From positions 34,596,001-34,660,000 of the forward strand of contig OZ076416.1 in NCBI GenBank assembly GCA_964187785.1: 64,000 nt of DNA, in the 5' to 3' direction. Position numbers and translations under genes: made by a program. Origin of the DNA: Amphiscolops sp. MND2022 (taxonomy: Eukaryota). How positions within the stretch are numbered: position 1 is the stretch's first letter; each line of letters begins with the position of its first letter. The notes beneath the pieces are model-generated. The model had not been told where the DNA came from and ran no database searches. It saw only the letters and a program-made list of their open reading frames with translations. Positions 46,521 to 60,229 of the stretch are shown here, in pieces.

Positions 46521-49500
46521 CATGATTAATTCAAGACTGAACTGGAAAAATAGGTATTTAACGTCAGTCACTATCGCACATGAAGATCATTGTCGTTTTT
46601 CGTTTACAGATAGAACGTTTGTGAAAAAAGTTCCCAGTCATAATAGGTTGCTTCAGGAGATTGTTTTTACATCAATGTACTTGGAACGACAGAAAAAACC
46701 ATGCAGTCTGACACCCAGGATGATACCTCTGAAGGTTTTAGTATGAATAAATCTCTGCTACCCATCATAAGCTTACTGCACATTTCTAGTCGTACACTTT
46801 CTGGCCAACATATATTTTTTATTCTTCAGAAATTTCATACAAAGTAAGAAAAGGTTTACAATCAGCAAGCGACGATGATGTCTCTACGCTTCCTTATAAC
46901 GCTGAATGCGACAACACAAGCATTCTGGTAGACAATTGGAAGCCTGGATTGGTCGACGAAAGTCATAACTCCACAGAAAAGCAAACCAACCATATTGAGA
47001 TTTCCATCAATGACACTTTGCTCTCCACCCTTCCTTACGGGGAATCTATTACCCAACTAAAATCGCAACCTCACGAAGCAGCCTATGATTGCGATGATGA
47101 AGAGTGGTTACGTTCAACGCTAGCAGACCAGTTTGAAGACGTTAAAGAACTGCAAGCTGTGGAGCAAAATGTAACATCAGAAGCGAACATTAATAGTGAG
47201 TTGTATTTCTGTGGATAATCCCTGACATCTGAAAGTCAATGGATAAGAATCACTTTGTTAGAAACAATTGAAGGCTCGAACGCAACCGAGAAGTGATTCT
47301 GGTTACCCCTACAACAATTGCTCATGCTGCAATTACCACTTGTCAGTCATCAAGCATCGTATACCAAAAAATGACAACTAGCTCGCCAAGCAGAAGTAAT
47401 CAGACGCGGAAAAGAGCGTTCCGAGAAATCCTTGAACAGGCGCTGTGAGAGAAAACTGCGGTCAGACAATGCAAGGACAGAGTGAAAAAGAAAAACCGAT
47501 ATCAAGCAATGACTCAGGGAAAAAGAATGGAGTGTCCACCAGCAGATTGGCCCGTAACGCGAAATGTTCCGCGCAACGCTCGAAGACTGCTAAAAATGCT
47601 CCTAGGGACATAGAAGCGTTGAATGATGATTATAACACAGTACATAATATCGGAAGTGCTGACGTCCCCTGTGAGTTTTGTGAGGCTCTCAAGTTTTCCA
47701 TTGAATCAAATTGCTTTTGCTGTCGCAGAGGGAACGTTGTTCCACCACAGTTGTTGAAAACTCCTGACACCATCCTAAAAATGTACATGGACAACATTGT
47801 TCTTCCAAGAACATTGTAGTTTTTAACAACCTCATGGCACTAGCTTCCTTGGATTGTGAAGAGCCCGAGGACGGAATTGTTAGTAACAGGTCAACGTTCA
47901 ATTTCAGGGAAAAATTATCATAGAATTGGGTATCATAGAATCACAACCTCCCCTATTCCAGCTCTGAATCAAAGTTTGGATAGCTTTATTTCTATGACAC
48001 AGATCATGAATTAGAAAGTCGGACACTTGACAGTTATTATTGACTAGGACTCATGGCTCAGGCGACAGTTTCATGACTCAGTCAATTAGTCTAGTACAGA
48101 CATTTTTATGGTTATTGACTTCCATTGGTATCAAGTGGCCTCAATACTGATGCCTTTTGACATGTCTCAATGTCCTGACTGATGATTCTTGACTTTTGAC
48201 ATTGACAACGACTCATGACCCATGCGACAGTTTCATGACTCATTAGTCAGTTCACCTAATGCAATCATTGTCTTGAAAAATTATATTTTTTTGTCACTTG
48301 GCTTTTATCTGGATGCCATATGACATGTCCTAATGTCCAGAATCAGGACTTAAAATCATGTTGACAATGAGTCGTGACTCATGCGACAGTTTCTTGGCTC
48401 ATGAGTCACTTAACCAAATAAAATCATTGTCTTGGAAAACGGTATACATTGTTGTCACTTGGCATTGATCTGGATGCCATATGACATGTCCCAATGTCCT
48501 GACTGATGATTCTTGACTTTTGATATTGACAACGACTCAAGACTCACGCAAAATTTCATGACTCGTGAGTCACTTAACCTATTACAAACAATGCAATCTT
48601 TATTGACACTCATTGGTATCACTCGGCCTCAATCGTGATGCCTATTGACATGTCCCAAAGTCCTGGATGTGACTCTTGACTCTTGATATTGATAACCACT
48701 CATGATTAATTCAGGACTGAACTGAAAAAATAGTTACTTAACGTCAGTCACTATCACACATGAAAATCATTGTCGTTTTTCGTTTACAGATAAAACGTTT
48801 GTGAAAAAAGTACCCAGTCTTAATAAGTTGCTTCAGGATATTGTTTTTACATCAATGTACTTGGAACGACAGAAAAACCATGCAGTCTGACGCCCAGGAT
48901 GATACTTCTGAAGGTTTTAGTATGAATAAACCTCTGCTACCCATCATAAGCTTACTGCACATTTCGAGTCGTACACTTTCTGGCCAACATATATTTTTCT
49001 TTCTTCAGAGTTTTCATACAAAGTAAGAAAAGGTTTACAATCAGCAAGCGACGATGATGTCCCTACGCTTCCTTATAACGCTGAATGCGACAACCCAATC
49101 ATTATAGTAGACAATTGGAAGCCTGGATCGGTCGACGAAAGTCATAACTCCACAGAAAAGCAAACCCACCATATCGACATTTCCATCAATGACACTTTGC
49201 TCTCCACCCTTCCTTACGGGGAATCTACTACCCAACTAAAATCGCAACCTCAAGAAGCAGCCTCTGATTGCGATGATGAAGAGTGGTTACCTTCAACGCT
49301 AGCAGACCATTTTGAAGACGTTGAAGAACTGCAAATAGTGGAGCAAATTGTAACATCAGAAGCGAACATTAATAGTGAGTTGTATTTCTGTGGATAACCC
49401 TTGACATTTGAAAGTCAATGGATAAGAATCACTTTGTTAGAAACAATTGAAGGCTCGAACGCAACCATGAAGTGATTCTGGTTACCCCTACAACAATTGC

Positions 49501-50460
49501 TCATGCTGCAATTACCACTTGTCAGTCATCAAGCATCGTATACCAAAAAAAAGACAACTAGCTCGCCAAGCAGAAGTAATCAGACGTGGAAAAGAGCGTT
49601 CCGAGGAATCCTTGAACAGGCGCTGTGAGAGAAAACTGCGGTCAGACAATGCAAGGACAGAGTGAAAAAGAAAAACTGATATCGAGCAATGACTCAGGAA
49701 AAAAGAATGAAGTGTCCGCCAGCAGATTGGCCCGTAACGCGAAATGTTCCGCGCAACGCTCGAAGACTGCTAAAAATGCTTCTAGGGACATAGAAACGTT
49801 GAATGATGATTATAACACAGTACATTATATCGGAAATGCTGACGTCCCCTGTGAGTTTTGTGAGGCTCTCAAGTTTTCCATCGAATCAAATTGTTTTTGT
49901 TGTCGCTGAGGGAACGTTGTTTCAGCACAGTTGTTGAAAACTCCTGACACCATCATAAAATTGTACATGGACAACATTGTTCTTCCGAAAACATTGTAGC
50001 TTTTAACAACCTCATGGCACTAGCTTCCTTGAATTGTGAAGAGCCCGAGGACGGAATTGTTAGTAACAGGTCAACGTTCAAATTCAGGGAAAAATTATCA
50101 TAGAATTGGGTATCATAGAATCACAACCTCCCCGAATCCAGCTCTGAATCAAAGTTTGGATAGCTTTATTTTTGTGATACAGATCATGAATTAGAAAGTC
50201 GGACACTTGACATTTATTATTGACAAGGACTCATGGCTCAGGCGACAGTTTCATGACTCAGTCATTTAGTCTAGTACAAACATTTTCATGGTTATTGACT
50301 TCCATTGGTAGTTCCATCGACTTCCATCGAGTGGCCTCAATACTGATGCCTTATGACATGTCTCAATGTCCTGACTGATGATTCTTGACTTTTGATATTG
50401 ACAACGACTCAAGACTCACGCAAAATTTCATGACTCATGAGTCACTTAACCTAATACAAC
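45900..50460 (+). repeat. Tandem duplication (~2.18 kb x2) of the Helitron 5' region
   Basis: GATTAATTCA(A/G)GACTGAACTG at ~46523 and ~48703. Both copies carry the RepHel N-terminal Cys motif and break off at GATCATGAATTAGAAAGTCGG. Confidence 0.93.
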
Positions 50461-53400
50461 AATGCAATCAATATTGAATGATTCCCTGAATCGCTCGAAA
50501 AGTGCTAGAAATGATTCCAGGAACATTGAAGCATTGAATGATGATGATATCACAGTACATAATATCGGAAATGCTGAGGTCCGTGTGAGTTTTGTCAGGC
50601 TCTCGCGTTTTCCATTGAATCAAGTTCTTTTTGCTGTTGCAGAGGGAACGTTGTTTTACCACAGTTTGTTAAACTTCCTGACACCATCTTAAAATTGCAC
50701 AAGACAACATAATTCTTAAAAACATTATAGTTTTTAACCTTTTGGAATTAGCTTCTTTGGGTTGTGAAGAGCCGAGGATGGAATTGTTGGTTACAGGTCA
50801 ACGTTCAAAAGCCAGTAAGAAAAATTATCAAATAATTGGGTCACTCCTCAATGATTCCGGCTCTGAACCAAAAGTTGGACAGCTTTATTTCTATAATACA
50901 GATCATGAATTAGAAAATCGGATGAAACATATGAACAATTTAGACCGAAACGTAGTTAAAGAGTTGCTCAAAGGTTTACACGACAGCAATAGTTACATTC
51001 GGAGCTTCAAAGCTGCAGTCTAATTGAATAAACACTCGACCTACGACCTTTTGCTAACGGCCAACCAGTGCCGAAAACCACTCGCAGCCCATTGTAGACA
51101 GTACATTTTACGCCGTGACTCCGCAGTTGCAGCTATCGTTCCTGGTTTTGCGGTTGAAAACAACCTTGATGTCATCTTGCACTGCCGGGGTGGTGAAATG
51201 AAAAGAATCAGTCATCTCCATCGATCTTATGAGCCTCTCTTTTTTACGTCTTACTGTTCCCATGTCGTGAAAATGGTTACGAACTTGGTTTGACGCAACG
51301 TATTAGACTAACTGATTCCCACCGATTTTTATGCATATCGTGTACAAGTAATACGTTTCGATAACAGTTTAATCAAGAAGAGTCGACGGCTCATGCAGCA
51401 GTACGCAGTTGACAGCAGGGCTAAAATTGAAGACAGTCGGTTGGACTGGGCGAAACAACACCAATGAACCATAACAGCGGAGAAGTATTAAGGTCTCATT
51501 GATGCTATTAAAGCGGGTGACGGACACATTGCCAGTCGCAGAATAGTACTACCTCCCACAATTTACGGCTCTCCACAATTTTACAACGAGCAATATCAAA
51601 TTAGCATGTGCATTGGTCGCCATTATGGGGAACCTGGTTACTTCAAAACGTTTACCACAAACCCTGATTGGCCTGAAATCAGAAGCCTACTCATTAACGG
51701 TGAGAAGCCCCGAGACCAACCCGACGTCTGTGCTCGAGTTTTCCAAGCGAAATATGACGCATTAATGGATGATGTACTGAAACACGGCGTTCGTGGAAGA
51801 GTTATTGCACATTCACCGACTATCGAACGGCAAAAACGGGGTCTTACACATGCACACACACACACACCACGCTTGCCTGAAGACATCGACAAAATTATTT
51901 CAGCTGAGCTTCCAGTTCCTTCTGCAAATCCGAAACTGTTTGATATCGTTGAGCAAGCCATACTTCACGGGCCCTGTGGAGTTCTCAACCCACGCTGTGT
52001 TTGCATGGAAGCAAGTGGAGGTCAATCAACTTGCTCAAAGAAATTTCCAAAGCAATTTAGCAAAGAAACGTTTTCCCGCAAAGATGGAATTCCTGAATAC
52101 AAACGAAGAGGGCCTGACGACGGTGGTCATTCAGCTATCAAAGCAGTCAAAGGCAACATTCTGAAACTTGACAATTCTTGGGTTGTTCCGTTCAACCTGA
52201 CTTAACCATGAAGTTCACAGCTCACATCAATTGTGAAATGGTAAACTCGGTGGCAGCGGTGAAGTACCTTTACAAATACATAAAAGCCAGTGATCAAATT
52301 TTGGTCAACATGAGGAGAACTGACACTTCAGACAAAAATAGAACCGATGAGATTGAACTGTCTCAACGCACGCTACATATCACCAGGCAACGCGTTTTGG
52401 CAATTTACGATTTCCCAATACATTCCAGGAAACCAATTGAAAAATTACCCTGTCATTTGCCCGGGGAACAAATATTCACATTCAAGGAAGGCGAAGGCCA
52501 AAACGCGTTACTGAAATCCACGTCAAAGCCCTAATGAATTAAATTCAGTAGATGGTTTTGCTCGAACATTGCTCGACGCCGAAATTTTTAGCTTTTTCAC
52601 TTGGAACGCGAAAAGCAAAAAATGGTGTCCCTGAAAACAGGGGCAGCCTCAAGAAGATGCTGACTTTTTTAGGCAGATTTCCGACAACTTCCTCATCAGT
52701 CAACCAGCTGAGCTGTACTATCTTCGCATGCTACTTCATCGTCCACGGAGCACAGTCGTTCAAGGATTTGAAATCGAGTGACTCAGTTGTTTGGGAAAGT
52801 CGAAAGTACTTACTCAGTTATTTCAAAAATAGGCCAGACCGAGAGGACATGTGTCCAATGCGAAATTTTGGTATACATTTGCTCAAAAAAATGCTTCAGA
52901 TGATGATATGCCACAATTTTTGAAAAAAGAGCCCAATCATCAGGTCCAGCAGGCAGAGAATGTTTTGAATGCTGAGCAGAGCGTTGTTTACAAGAAGGTA
53001 ATTTGGTCGGCTGAGAACAACTTGGAAAATTTTTTTTGCATTAATGCATGTCAAGACTTTCTTGATTAATCTAATACTCTCCAAGGTTGGATCAATGAAC
53101 AAAATAGCAACAGCAACGAATTGCATCAACGCTTCTTCGATCTGGACGAACCCTCCATTCAAGGTGCAAAGTTCCATTCGATTTCAGAGGATTCTGTCTG
53201 GTTGTTCAGTAGATTCGACGCGACCGGGAAACTGATGCAGCATGCTAGCCTACTGGGTATTGATGAAACGTCCATGGGCCGTAAATACAAATTTGAATGT
53301 CTTGACTGCTCTTTTCAAGATGTCCCGAGAACGAAAAGTCATTTAGGCGGTCTTACAGTTCTTGCAGGTGACTGGAGACAAATTTTACACGTAGTGAGAC

Positions 53401-54390
53401 ACGGTACCTCAGGGCAAACAGTTGCATCAACGTTAAAAAAACATGAGTAGCAGCCGCCGGACCTGAAAATGGATCTTATTTGAACTTTGTGGAAGCGATC
53501 GGAAGTTGAAAACTTGAAATACGAAACGATAAAGGGCTGTAAAAAGTTCAATTATCGATGAATTTTTTGGTGACTGACAACAGTTTCGAGGTTTGGAGGA
53601 ATTGTGTGACATTGTATTTGAAAACATCAACAAAAACCACCGAGATCATTCTTGGCTTGCCAAATGAGCAAAAACTGCGCCTACAAACGAAGCAGTTGAC
53701 GAAGCAAATGAACTTATGATTACCAAGTTTCCGGGCTTCCGAAAAAACCAAGTTTTCCTTACGATTGTTTACAAAAGTTGTGACAGTGTCGAAGAAACTG
53801 CTCATAGGTAAGCATCAAGTCATTTTCATCCTACATTCACCATGATTGAATTTCCAAAACAATTATTTACCAGGTACCCAATAGATGTCATTAACAAATT
53901 GACACTATTAGGCTTCCCGCCTCATGAATTACGTATCAAATTGGGCTGTTGCATTATGTTCCTTCGAAACCTAGATGCCTCACAAAGTGACTGCAATGGA
54001 CTACGATATATTGTAAATGCGGCTGGAAATCATGTGATAGCAGTTATAGCCACAGGCACCCATATAGGAAATCAATTATTTATCCCGCGCATTTGCTCAA
54101 CTCCTTCAGATAATTTGTTTCCTTTTACGATGCATAGGAAGCAATTCCCGATACGACTTGTATTTTCGTTTACGGCCAACAAGTCGCAAGGTCAAACACT
54201 GAGAAGAATGGGGATTTATCTTCTGAAACAAGTTTTGCCATGGCCAACTGTATGTAGCAATGTCACGAGTGGGGAGTGGGAGAGTCTGCGGACGTCAAAC
54301 TTTGTCTAGCTGACAAAACAAGATCAAGTTCTTTTTGCAGGATTTCCAATTTTTTGATAGATAATGTTGTTTACCCGGAGATAATATAGT
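47400..54390 (+). mobile_element. Decayed Helitron RepHel (HUH Rep endonuclease plus Pif1-family helicase)
   Basis: CEFCEALKF...CCRRGNV (47.6 and 49.8 kb); PKVGQLYFYNTDHELENR; Rep motifs FKTFTTNPDWPEI, ERQKRGLTHAH and YLYKYIK; helicase KTFLINLILSKV, GIDETSM, LAGDWRQIL, QFPIRLVFSFTANKSQGQTL; ends NVVYPEII*. Many frameshifts. Confidence 0.95.
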
Positions 54391-54492
54391 TTGTCTTTAG
54401 CCCATTCTCCATCATCACTTTAGTTATTTGTAGCCACTGTCTTTTGCCGCAAAGTAGTTGATTTGTTTTCGTACATCCTATTATTCTCAATA

Positions 54493-54515
54493 AGACGGGC
54501 AAACGGGCTTACTAG
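54493..54515 (+). other. Probable Helitron 3' terminus
   Basis: GC-rich GACGGGCAAACGGGC followed by TTACTAG|T, ~120 bp after the helicase stop, matching the CTAG-3' end and T target base. The hairpin is imperfect. Confidence 0.7.
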
Positions 54516-54689
54516 TTAAAGATTAAAAAAAATTATTATCCGAAGTTTGGAAACTCCAAAAGCTTCCTCCATTTGAAAAACTTTCAGAAAGACTATTTTG
54601 GCAGAGATTATTCAAGGGATTATGATGTTTCGCAAACTTTAGAAATAGCAAAATGCTTCCACCGAGTACCTACGTTATTCAGCTTTCTG

Positions 54690-55620
54690 TTGATTATAAG
54701 ATACTGCATTGAGGTTCTTTCGTTTTTTGATGAGCTTTCATCATCTTTGACAATTCAACAAAGCCTTCCTTCAAGCCCTCGAGAGTTTGATCAGAGCAAA
54801 GTTGGACGTAGCACTTCCGATCAGTGATCGATGATATTCCAGTGACATCGGTTTCCGAGGTACCTGAACCAAACCAGAGCACCAAAACTGGGACCTCTTT
54901 CGGAAGTTTTGTCAGAAGGTCCTTGAAAGCGCTTCTTTGCATGTCAGAACGCGAGCTTAAGCCACGAATTACGAACACAAGACCGTCAACTGGTAGTTCT
55001 GGAAGAGTGCTGACAAAAGTAGCTTTAAGTTTTAGTACAAAAGTAAGATTCTAAGAAATGATCTGAAATACTTTGGCCTAATAGCTTGGTTATAACAAAA
55101 AAACGTTCTGAAATTTCGGAAAAAAACTTTGCCCAGTCATCATTTTTGTATACCAAACTTTTGCGAAGAGTTTCTGAATATGTAGTTTCGAGAAAACCAT
55201 CGCTCTCATGCCGCTCAAGGATGGAAAATTCATCATTTGGGAAATAGATTGAATATTCAATTTGACCATTTAGATAGGGCATGTTCTCATTTCGATTACA
55301 CTCAATTATTAGCTACTCTTGACACCTTCTGCCATAGTCCCATATTTCCATTGGGTTGTGAGGTTCCCCGAATGTCAGGCTAATCACACATTTCGGGAAT
55401 CCCAGGGGGTACTTCAAGAAGGGTTTCAGGTCACTTGTTTCAAAGTAAAGTCTTTCTTCTTCGTCATGACCTCCGATTAACATCACGATGTCAGTAGGTG
55501 GGGCGCGCATTCTCGCGACATCGCTAACAAAATCAACACACACGTTGTTGAACTTTGGACTTGTCGTGCGAATGGAACGGAAGAAGTATCTGGCTACTAA
55601 GTTGCCCCACAAAAGTAACC
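54690..55620 (-). pseudogene. Decayed ~300-codon coding remnant of unknown family
   Basis: Three consecutive minus-strand ORFs (55313-55612, 55025-55282, 54694-54978) join through one in-frame stop and one frameshift into globular-looking sequence. Confidence 0.45.
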
Positions 55621-56380
55621 GCCGAATTTAGTATGAACATACGTATCTTAGATAAAATTTATGGATCATTTCATAATTAGCATTTTTGGGCTATCTTTTT
55701 AGTGCATTTGTTTCTATTATTCACAACGGTCGCGTTCTATTTGTTAAGTGCTAAGAAATCTCTGATTTCAAGCCTCAAATATCATTTTTTAAAAACTATG
55801 CCAGAAAATTTAAAACCCTGAGTTTTCCAGCAACAACGACATTCAGGCAGTGGTTTGTTTGTCTCAAGCTATAAGTGCTAACAAAAATTAGTCAAAAACG
55901 TCAGAATGTTCGTAATTTAGAACTAACCGTGGATTTGAGAACATGAAACCTCACATTCATACTTGAAATCACTTTTTCACTTTTATTTAAAGGCGCCGAA
56001 TATGAAATATGTCATGAGTATTGTAGACAAACTTACTTTTGTGGGCTAGCGTGCTGATACGGTCAAAAAAGGAAAACGCGTAAAAGAATGTGTTCTATTT
56101 TGCCAGCAAGTTAATCAAGTGTTTTCCGAATCACTGAAAAGTGAACTTCTGAGAACTGACGACAAAGACGGAATAAGGGACACAGCAGTTGGCATGAGAT
56201 CAATCGTGCCGTTTTTTGGCACACAGCGACCGTTTTTTGATACTATTTGCTAACAAGTCGCAAAACTCAGTAAAAGACTCGCGGGTATCTCGAACTTTGC
56301 TTCTTCAAAATTGTAATATTTGTAAACAAGGTACTGAAAATCGTTGAGTCAATCTTCCAAATCGGAGCTACCAATACGTA

Positions 56381-56749
56381 CTAGGTGAACCAAAAAAACG
56401 GAATGCACAAAAATATTTCACTCTTCGAAAACCCAATATTTGTAAACAAGACACTGAAAAACTTTCACTTTCTCTGTCAATCATCCTCTCATTACGTAAT
56501 CACGTCTTGGACATAAAATGATCCTAACCTACCGAAAAAGTCTTGACGTCTTTACAGGTAGTTTCGTTCACACTTTAGATGTGTAAAAGCTTTTACAAGT
56601 TTCTTGACTTGAAGAAAAGTTGTCAAAGTGAATGACTGACAAGCTGAATTGCAATGTTCAGAGTTGTTTTGAAGCATTTGTTGACAAATATTTGAAACTT
56701 TGAGAGCTCAAAATATTTTCGTGCATTCCGTTTTTTATGGTTCACCTAG
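56381..56749. mobile_element. Tc1/mariner-type MITE (369 bp)
   Basis: TA|CTAGGTGAACCAAAAAAACGGAATGCACAAAAATATTT ... AAATATTTTCGTGCATTCCGTTTTTTATGGTTCACCTAG|TA: ~38-bp TIRs with TA on both sides. Confidence 0.9.
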
Positions 56750-57492
56750 TAATCAAATCTTCAACGAAGGATGATTTGAATCTTCAGTGAAGTTCTACTG
56801 TAAGTAAACTGAACCGCAATGCGTTCAAAACTATGAGTCAGCCTGAACTGAGCTATATAGTTTCTGGTTGTTGTCTGATTGATATCAATCAGAAACTGCC
56901 GGTGGTCAAAAGAGAGGATTTTGGATGATTTTCTTTCAAATTTTGATTCATATTTTCATTGTCATTTATTGGGAACGACAATCTTGGATCAAATCAAATT
57001 AACTCTCTACATTCAAAATTACTGTAGTACATCAGCCTCAAATGATTTTTTGGCATTCTCAGATCTGAAGGCTTTTTGGCATTCTCAGATTCAAAGCTTC
57101 GAAGCTTTAAAACATCATTTTTAAAGATTTTGATGAAGCAATAACAAATCAATTTTGTATGATTAACTGTGTTTCAGTTTCTCGTTGACAAAGAATGAGT
57201 TTGATCAACAAAAGCTTCAGAGGAACTTTTTCCTGAAATATGGAACACGTGTAAATGCAGAATGTAGGTATAATTTCAAAAAATGGATCGTTGTCAAGAT
57301 TTAAATTCAATTTTTTGGGTGAAACTGTTAGTTTTATGTATATAGTTTTTACGAATTTCACGATTGGAAAGATATCAAGTTGAATCTGACTCAAGGTATT
57401 TGATGATGGAAACATGCTTGTGTGTGTTTTCTTAGCTTCAGTTGACTTCAGTCCGCTCATTTCCCAATCGTGGCCAATCAAAACACAGCATT

Positions 57493-57578
57493 TCAATATC
57501 GTCGTCGTCGTCGTCCATACGTCCCTTTGTTCCTGTAGCCTTGCACATAACCATCGTTCGGGCTTCTGTCGTATCGGC
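57493..57578 (-). CDS. TPPP: TPPP terminal coding exon
   Basis: TTTTAG|(G)RYDRSPNDGYVQGYRNKGTYGRRRRRY*; phase 1; compare human GYVSGYKHAGTYD. The four exons give 167 codons plus stop with no frameshift. Confidence 0.95.
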
Positions 57579-58260
57579 CTAAAATTTTGCGATGTCAAAA
57601 AATTAATTCGAGGCCTCGAATAACACGGGACATTTATGTTGTTATTTAAAAGTAAACTTCAAGTAAACTATTCGTCTATTTGCTTTTTTGTTAAACGTTT
57701 TTTTAGTTGAATTGAAAAATCAAGTTTTTTTGTTAAATTGTAAAAAAATATATGGCTAACAAGTGAACAAAAAATTATCTGCTTTTTTGTTAACTACTAG
57801 AATGTTGCTACTCACTAAAATTACGACTGATAAAACGAAGAATTTTTGTCATGCATGTGCATCACAAAAATTCATGTGCAAGCAAAATTAGTTAGTTTAT
57901 AATGTTGCTTCAGAACCAAAACCGTATTTCTTTGAGGTGAAACTGTCAAAGGTGAAACGAAGTAGTTATTGGAACTTTTTGGATTTATAACCAGCCATAC
58001 CGAAAACTGCGAGGAACAATTTGTTTCAGACATGGTCAAATAGGAAAAAATGCACGAACAAACAGCTGCTCCCATTGTACGTATGTAGCAAAAAGGTAGA
58101 AAAAAAACATTTTTGGAAAAAGAATGGCATTTTTGTCAACGGACTTCTAATATAGCATGTCACTGGCATATATGGAACCAAAAATGGAGCACGGTGAGAA
58201 GGGAATTGAATATATTCAATATTAAATATATTCAATATTCAATATATTCAGTATACTGAC

Positions 58261-58381
58261 CTCTTGCACCCCGTCCACGGCCCCTGGAGTCGAATCTGGC
58301 TCTGTGTGCCCCAGTGTAGCCCTTGTGGTCTGTCAGTCTACTCACGACGTTAGCCCGGGACATTCTCAAGGTAGAGTTCAT
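58261..58381 (-). CDS. TPPP: TPPP exon with the family signature
   Basis: TTTCAG|MNSTLRMSRANVVSRLTDHKGYTGAHRARFDSRGRGRGAR G|GTCAGT; 121 nt, phase 0 to 1; compare human [30 protein letters not shown]. Confidence 0.95.
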
Positions 58382-58615
58382 CTGAAACATTCACCACCAC
58401 TAAGCACCAGTAAAAATCAGTCATATGCACTTGTCAAATATCGATTACTATCGGCGACGGGACTACAAGCACTGGATGCACGACCACTGTTTTGTTCTGA
58501 AAAACGTTCATTAGAAAACTATCACAGTCACTTCTTTTTCAAAAACAATTCAAGACACACACGAACGCGACGAAAACGGACACGCCGACCAATGTTCGAA
58601 CTGGGATACATATAT

Positions 58616-58687
58616 GGCAGTTGACCTAGTAATTGAAGCTTTGGCTTCCGAAGCAGGAGTACGCGGTTCGACTCTCACAGGTGTCCA
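58616..58687 (+). pseudogene. tRNA-derived sequence (Arg/Gly-like) in a TPPP intron
   Basis: TGACCTAGTAATTG (A-box-like), CTTCCGAAGCAGG loop region, GGTTCGACTC (B-box); stems poor. Confidence 0.5.
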
Positions 58688-58825
58688 ATTTGGTTTGTGC
58701 GGACTTGAAGCTGTTTTAGGCTTGTTTTGGCAAATGTCTAATCCTTTTCAATTTGCTATCAGCCCAATGCATTTCCCCGATACGTAATTCAGAGTTGCAA
58801 AAGAATGCAGAAAAGAATCATTTAC

Positions 58826-58917
58826 CCCAGGAGCTGCACTGACAACGGCTCTCAACACTTTGGTCTGGTTACCCCAACTAGCACTTCCGAAACACGCCTG
58901 AGCCAACTGGGGAACAG
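58826..58917 (-). CDS. TPPP: TPPP exon
   Basis: TTTCAG|(A)VPQLAQACFGSASWGNQTKVLRAVVSAAPG|GTAAAT; 92 nt, phase 1 to 0. Confidence 0.9.
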
Positions 58918-59446
58918 CTGAAATAGAAGTATTCAAGCATCTATATACCCAAGAATACCCTGAATATTTTGATAAGTATCCTGAATATGTTCAAATATTG
59001 CCAAAAACTGTAAGTTGTTTATAAAAGTATATATAATTTGCATCATGAAAACGATCAGTGGTTTACTCAGTACTCCAAAATTTCTTTCTCGAAACAAAAA
59101 AATTGAGTTGAATTTGAGTAGGTTAACGTCTATTCGCACCGACTAGGAGGACTATGTAATCAGTGATGCGTTTGATGTTCAGTGGGCTAAACTCTTTTTG
59201 AGTTTTTCATGGTATTTTTCATATCTTCGAAACGTCCCCCTTGAGATGTTTTTTGGCACTGTGTGACTTTTTTCTTGTTTTGAGTTAGAAATACGTTTCG
59301 AAAGTTTTCTTTGCCGCTGCAACTTTATTCGAAGATTTTTTGCTAATTTTGGCACTCATAATTTTGAGATTTTTCTCTTAAGCCTTGGTCATATTGTGGA
59401 AACTACGCGTTTTTTGACGGGGCGCCGATGCAATCATATTACATTA

Positions 59447-60229
59447 CAGTGCATAGACAAGCTAAATCACTACAGACACATTTCTATGCGTGCCTGTAGG
59501 CCCTCCAATTCCGCAGACATGTCTTGAAACGTGTAAAAATGGCAATTTAGCACTAATTTTGCGGAAACCACGCCACGAAAATCGGCGTTTTCCGGAATCC
59601 GAGGGCATGGGTCAATACGTTAGCTGGTTTCATTTTGCGGAATCCGGGACCGAGAATATGCCGTAAAGATGCTGACAAATGCGTGTCTTGGTTTCCACAA
59701 AAAACATATTAGCCAATCAGATGGCTGTAAATTTGAGCGCCTCAGTTTCCACTTACCTCAAACAAGTCCCAATTAATGTCTCACTTTTCGTAAAATTGTC
59801 GGCTTTTCTTCTTTTCATCTTCAAATTGGTGCTAAGTTCTTTCATTACGTTACTATACCATGGTGGAATATACTTCGACTATAGTGAAATACAATAGTGA
59901 AATACAATAGTGAAATACTACATTTCTACCAACTGTAATGATATTGAAAAAAATGAAGATTTAATTGAAATAGTCAGAGTGGAATTGGAGATAATTTGGT
60001 TCAAATTGTGGGTCGACTTGTGAAGCTTTTTAACGAGCACAATTAAGGCCTGGCATAAGTTGCAATTAGTAGGCCCCATTAACTTGCCAAGACACAAATT
60101 TGCGGAAAGTAAGATTTCAACTTCAAAGGATGCTAAGGCAGTCGACATCAAAGGGGAATGAATTCAGTGCACGCGTCTCGGTTTCCGAGATTTCCGCAAA
60201 ACACTCAGAAAAAGCTTGCCTATGCACTG
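59447..60229. mobile_element. Tc1/mariner-type non-autonomous element (783 bp) in a TPPP intron
   Basis: TA|CAGTGCATAGACAAGCT ... AGCTTGCCTATGCACTG|TA: 17-bp TIRs with 1 mismatch and TA on both sides; internal AATAGTGAAATAC x3. Confidence 0.88.

Noticed and set aside
58261-58360. tRNA-like sequence on the minus strand (AGATTCGACTCC B-box look-alike)
   Set aside because: It is the TPPP signature exon (RARFDSRG) with correct splice phases.
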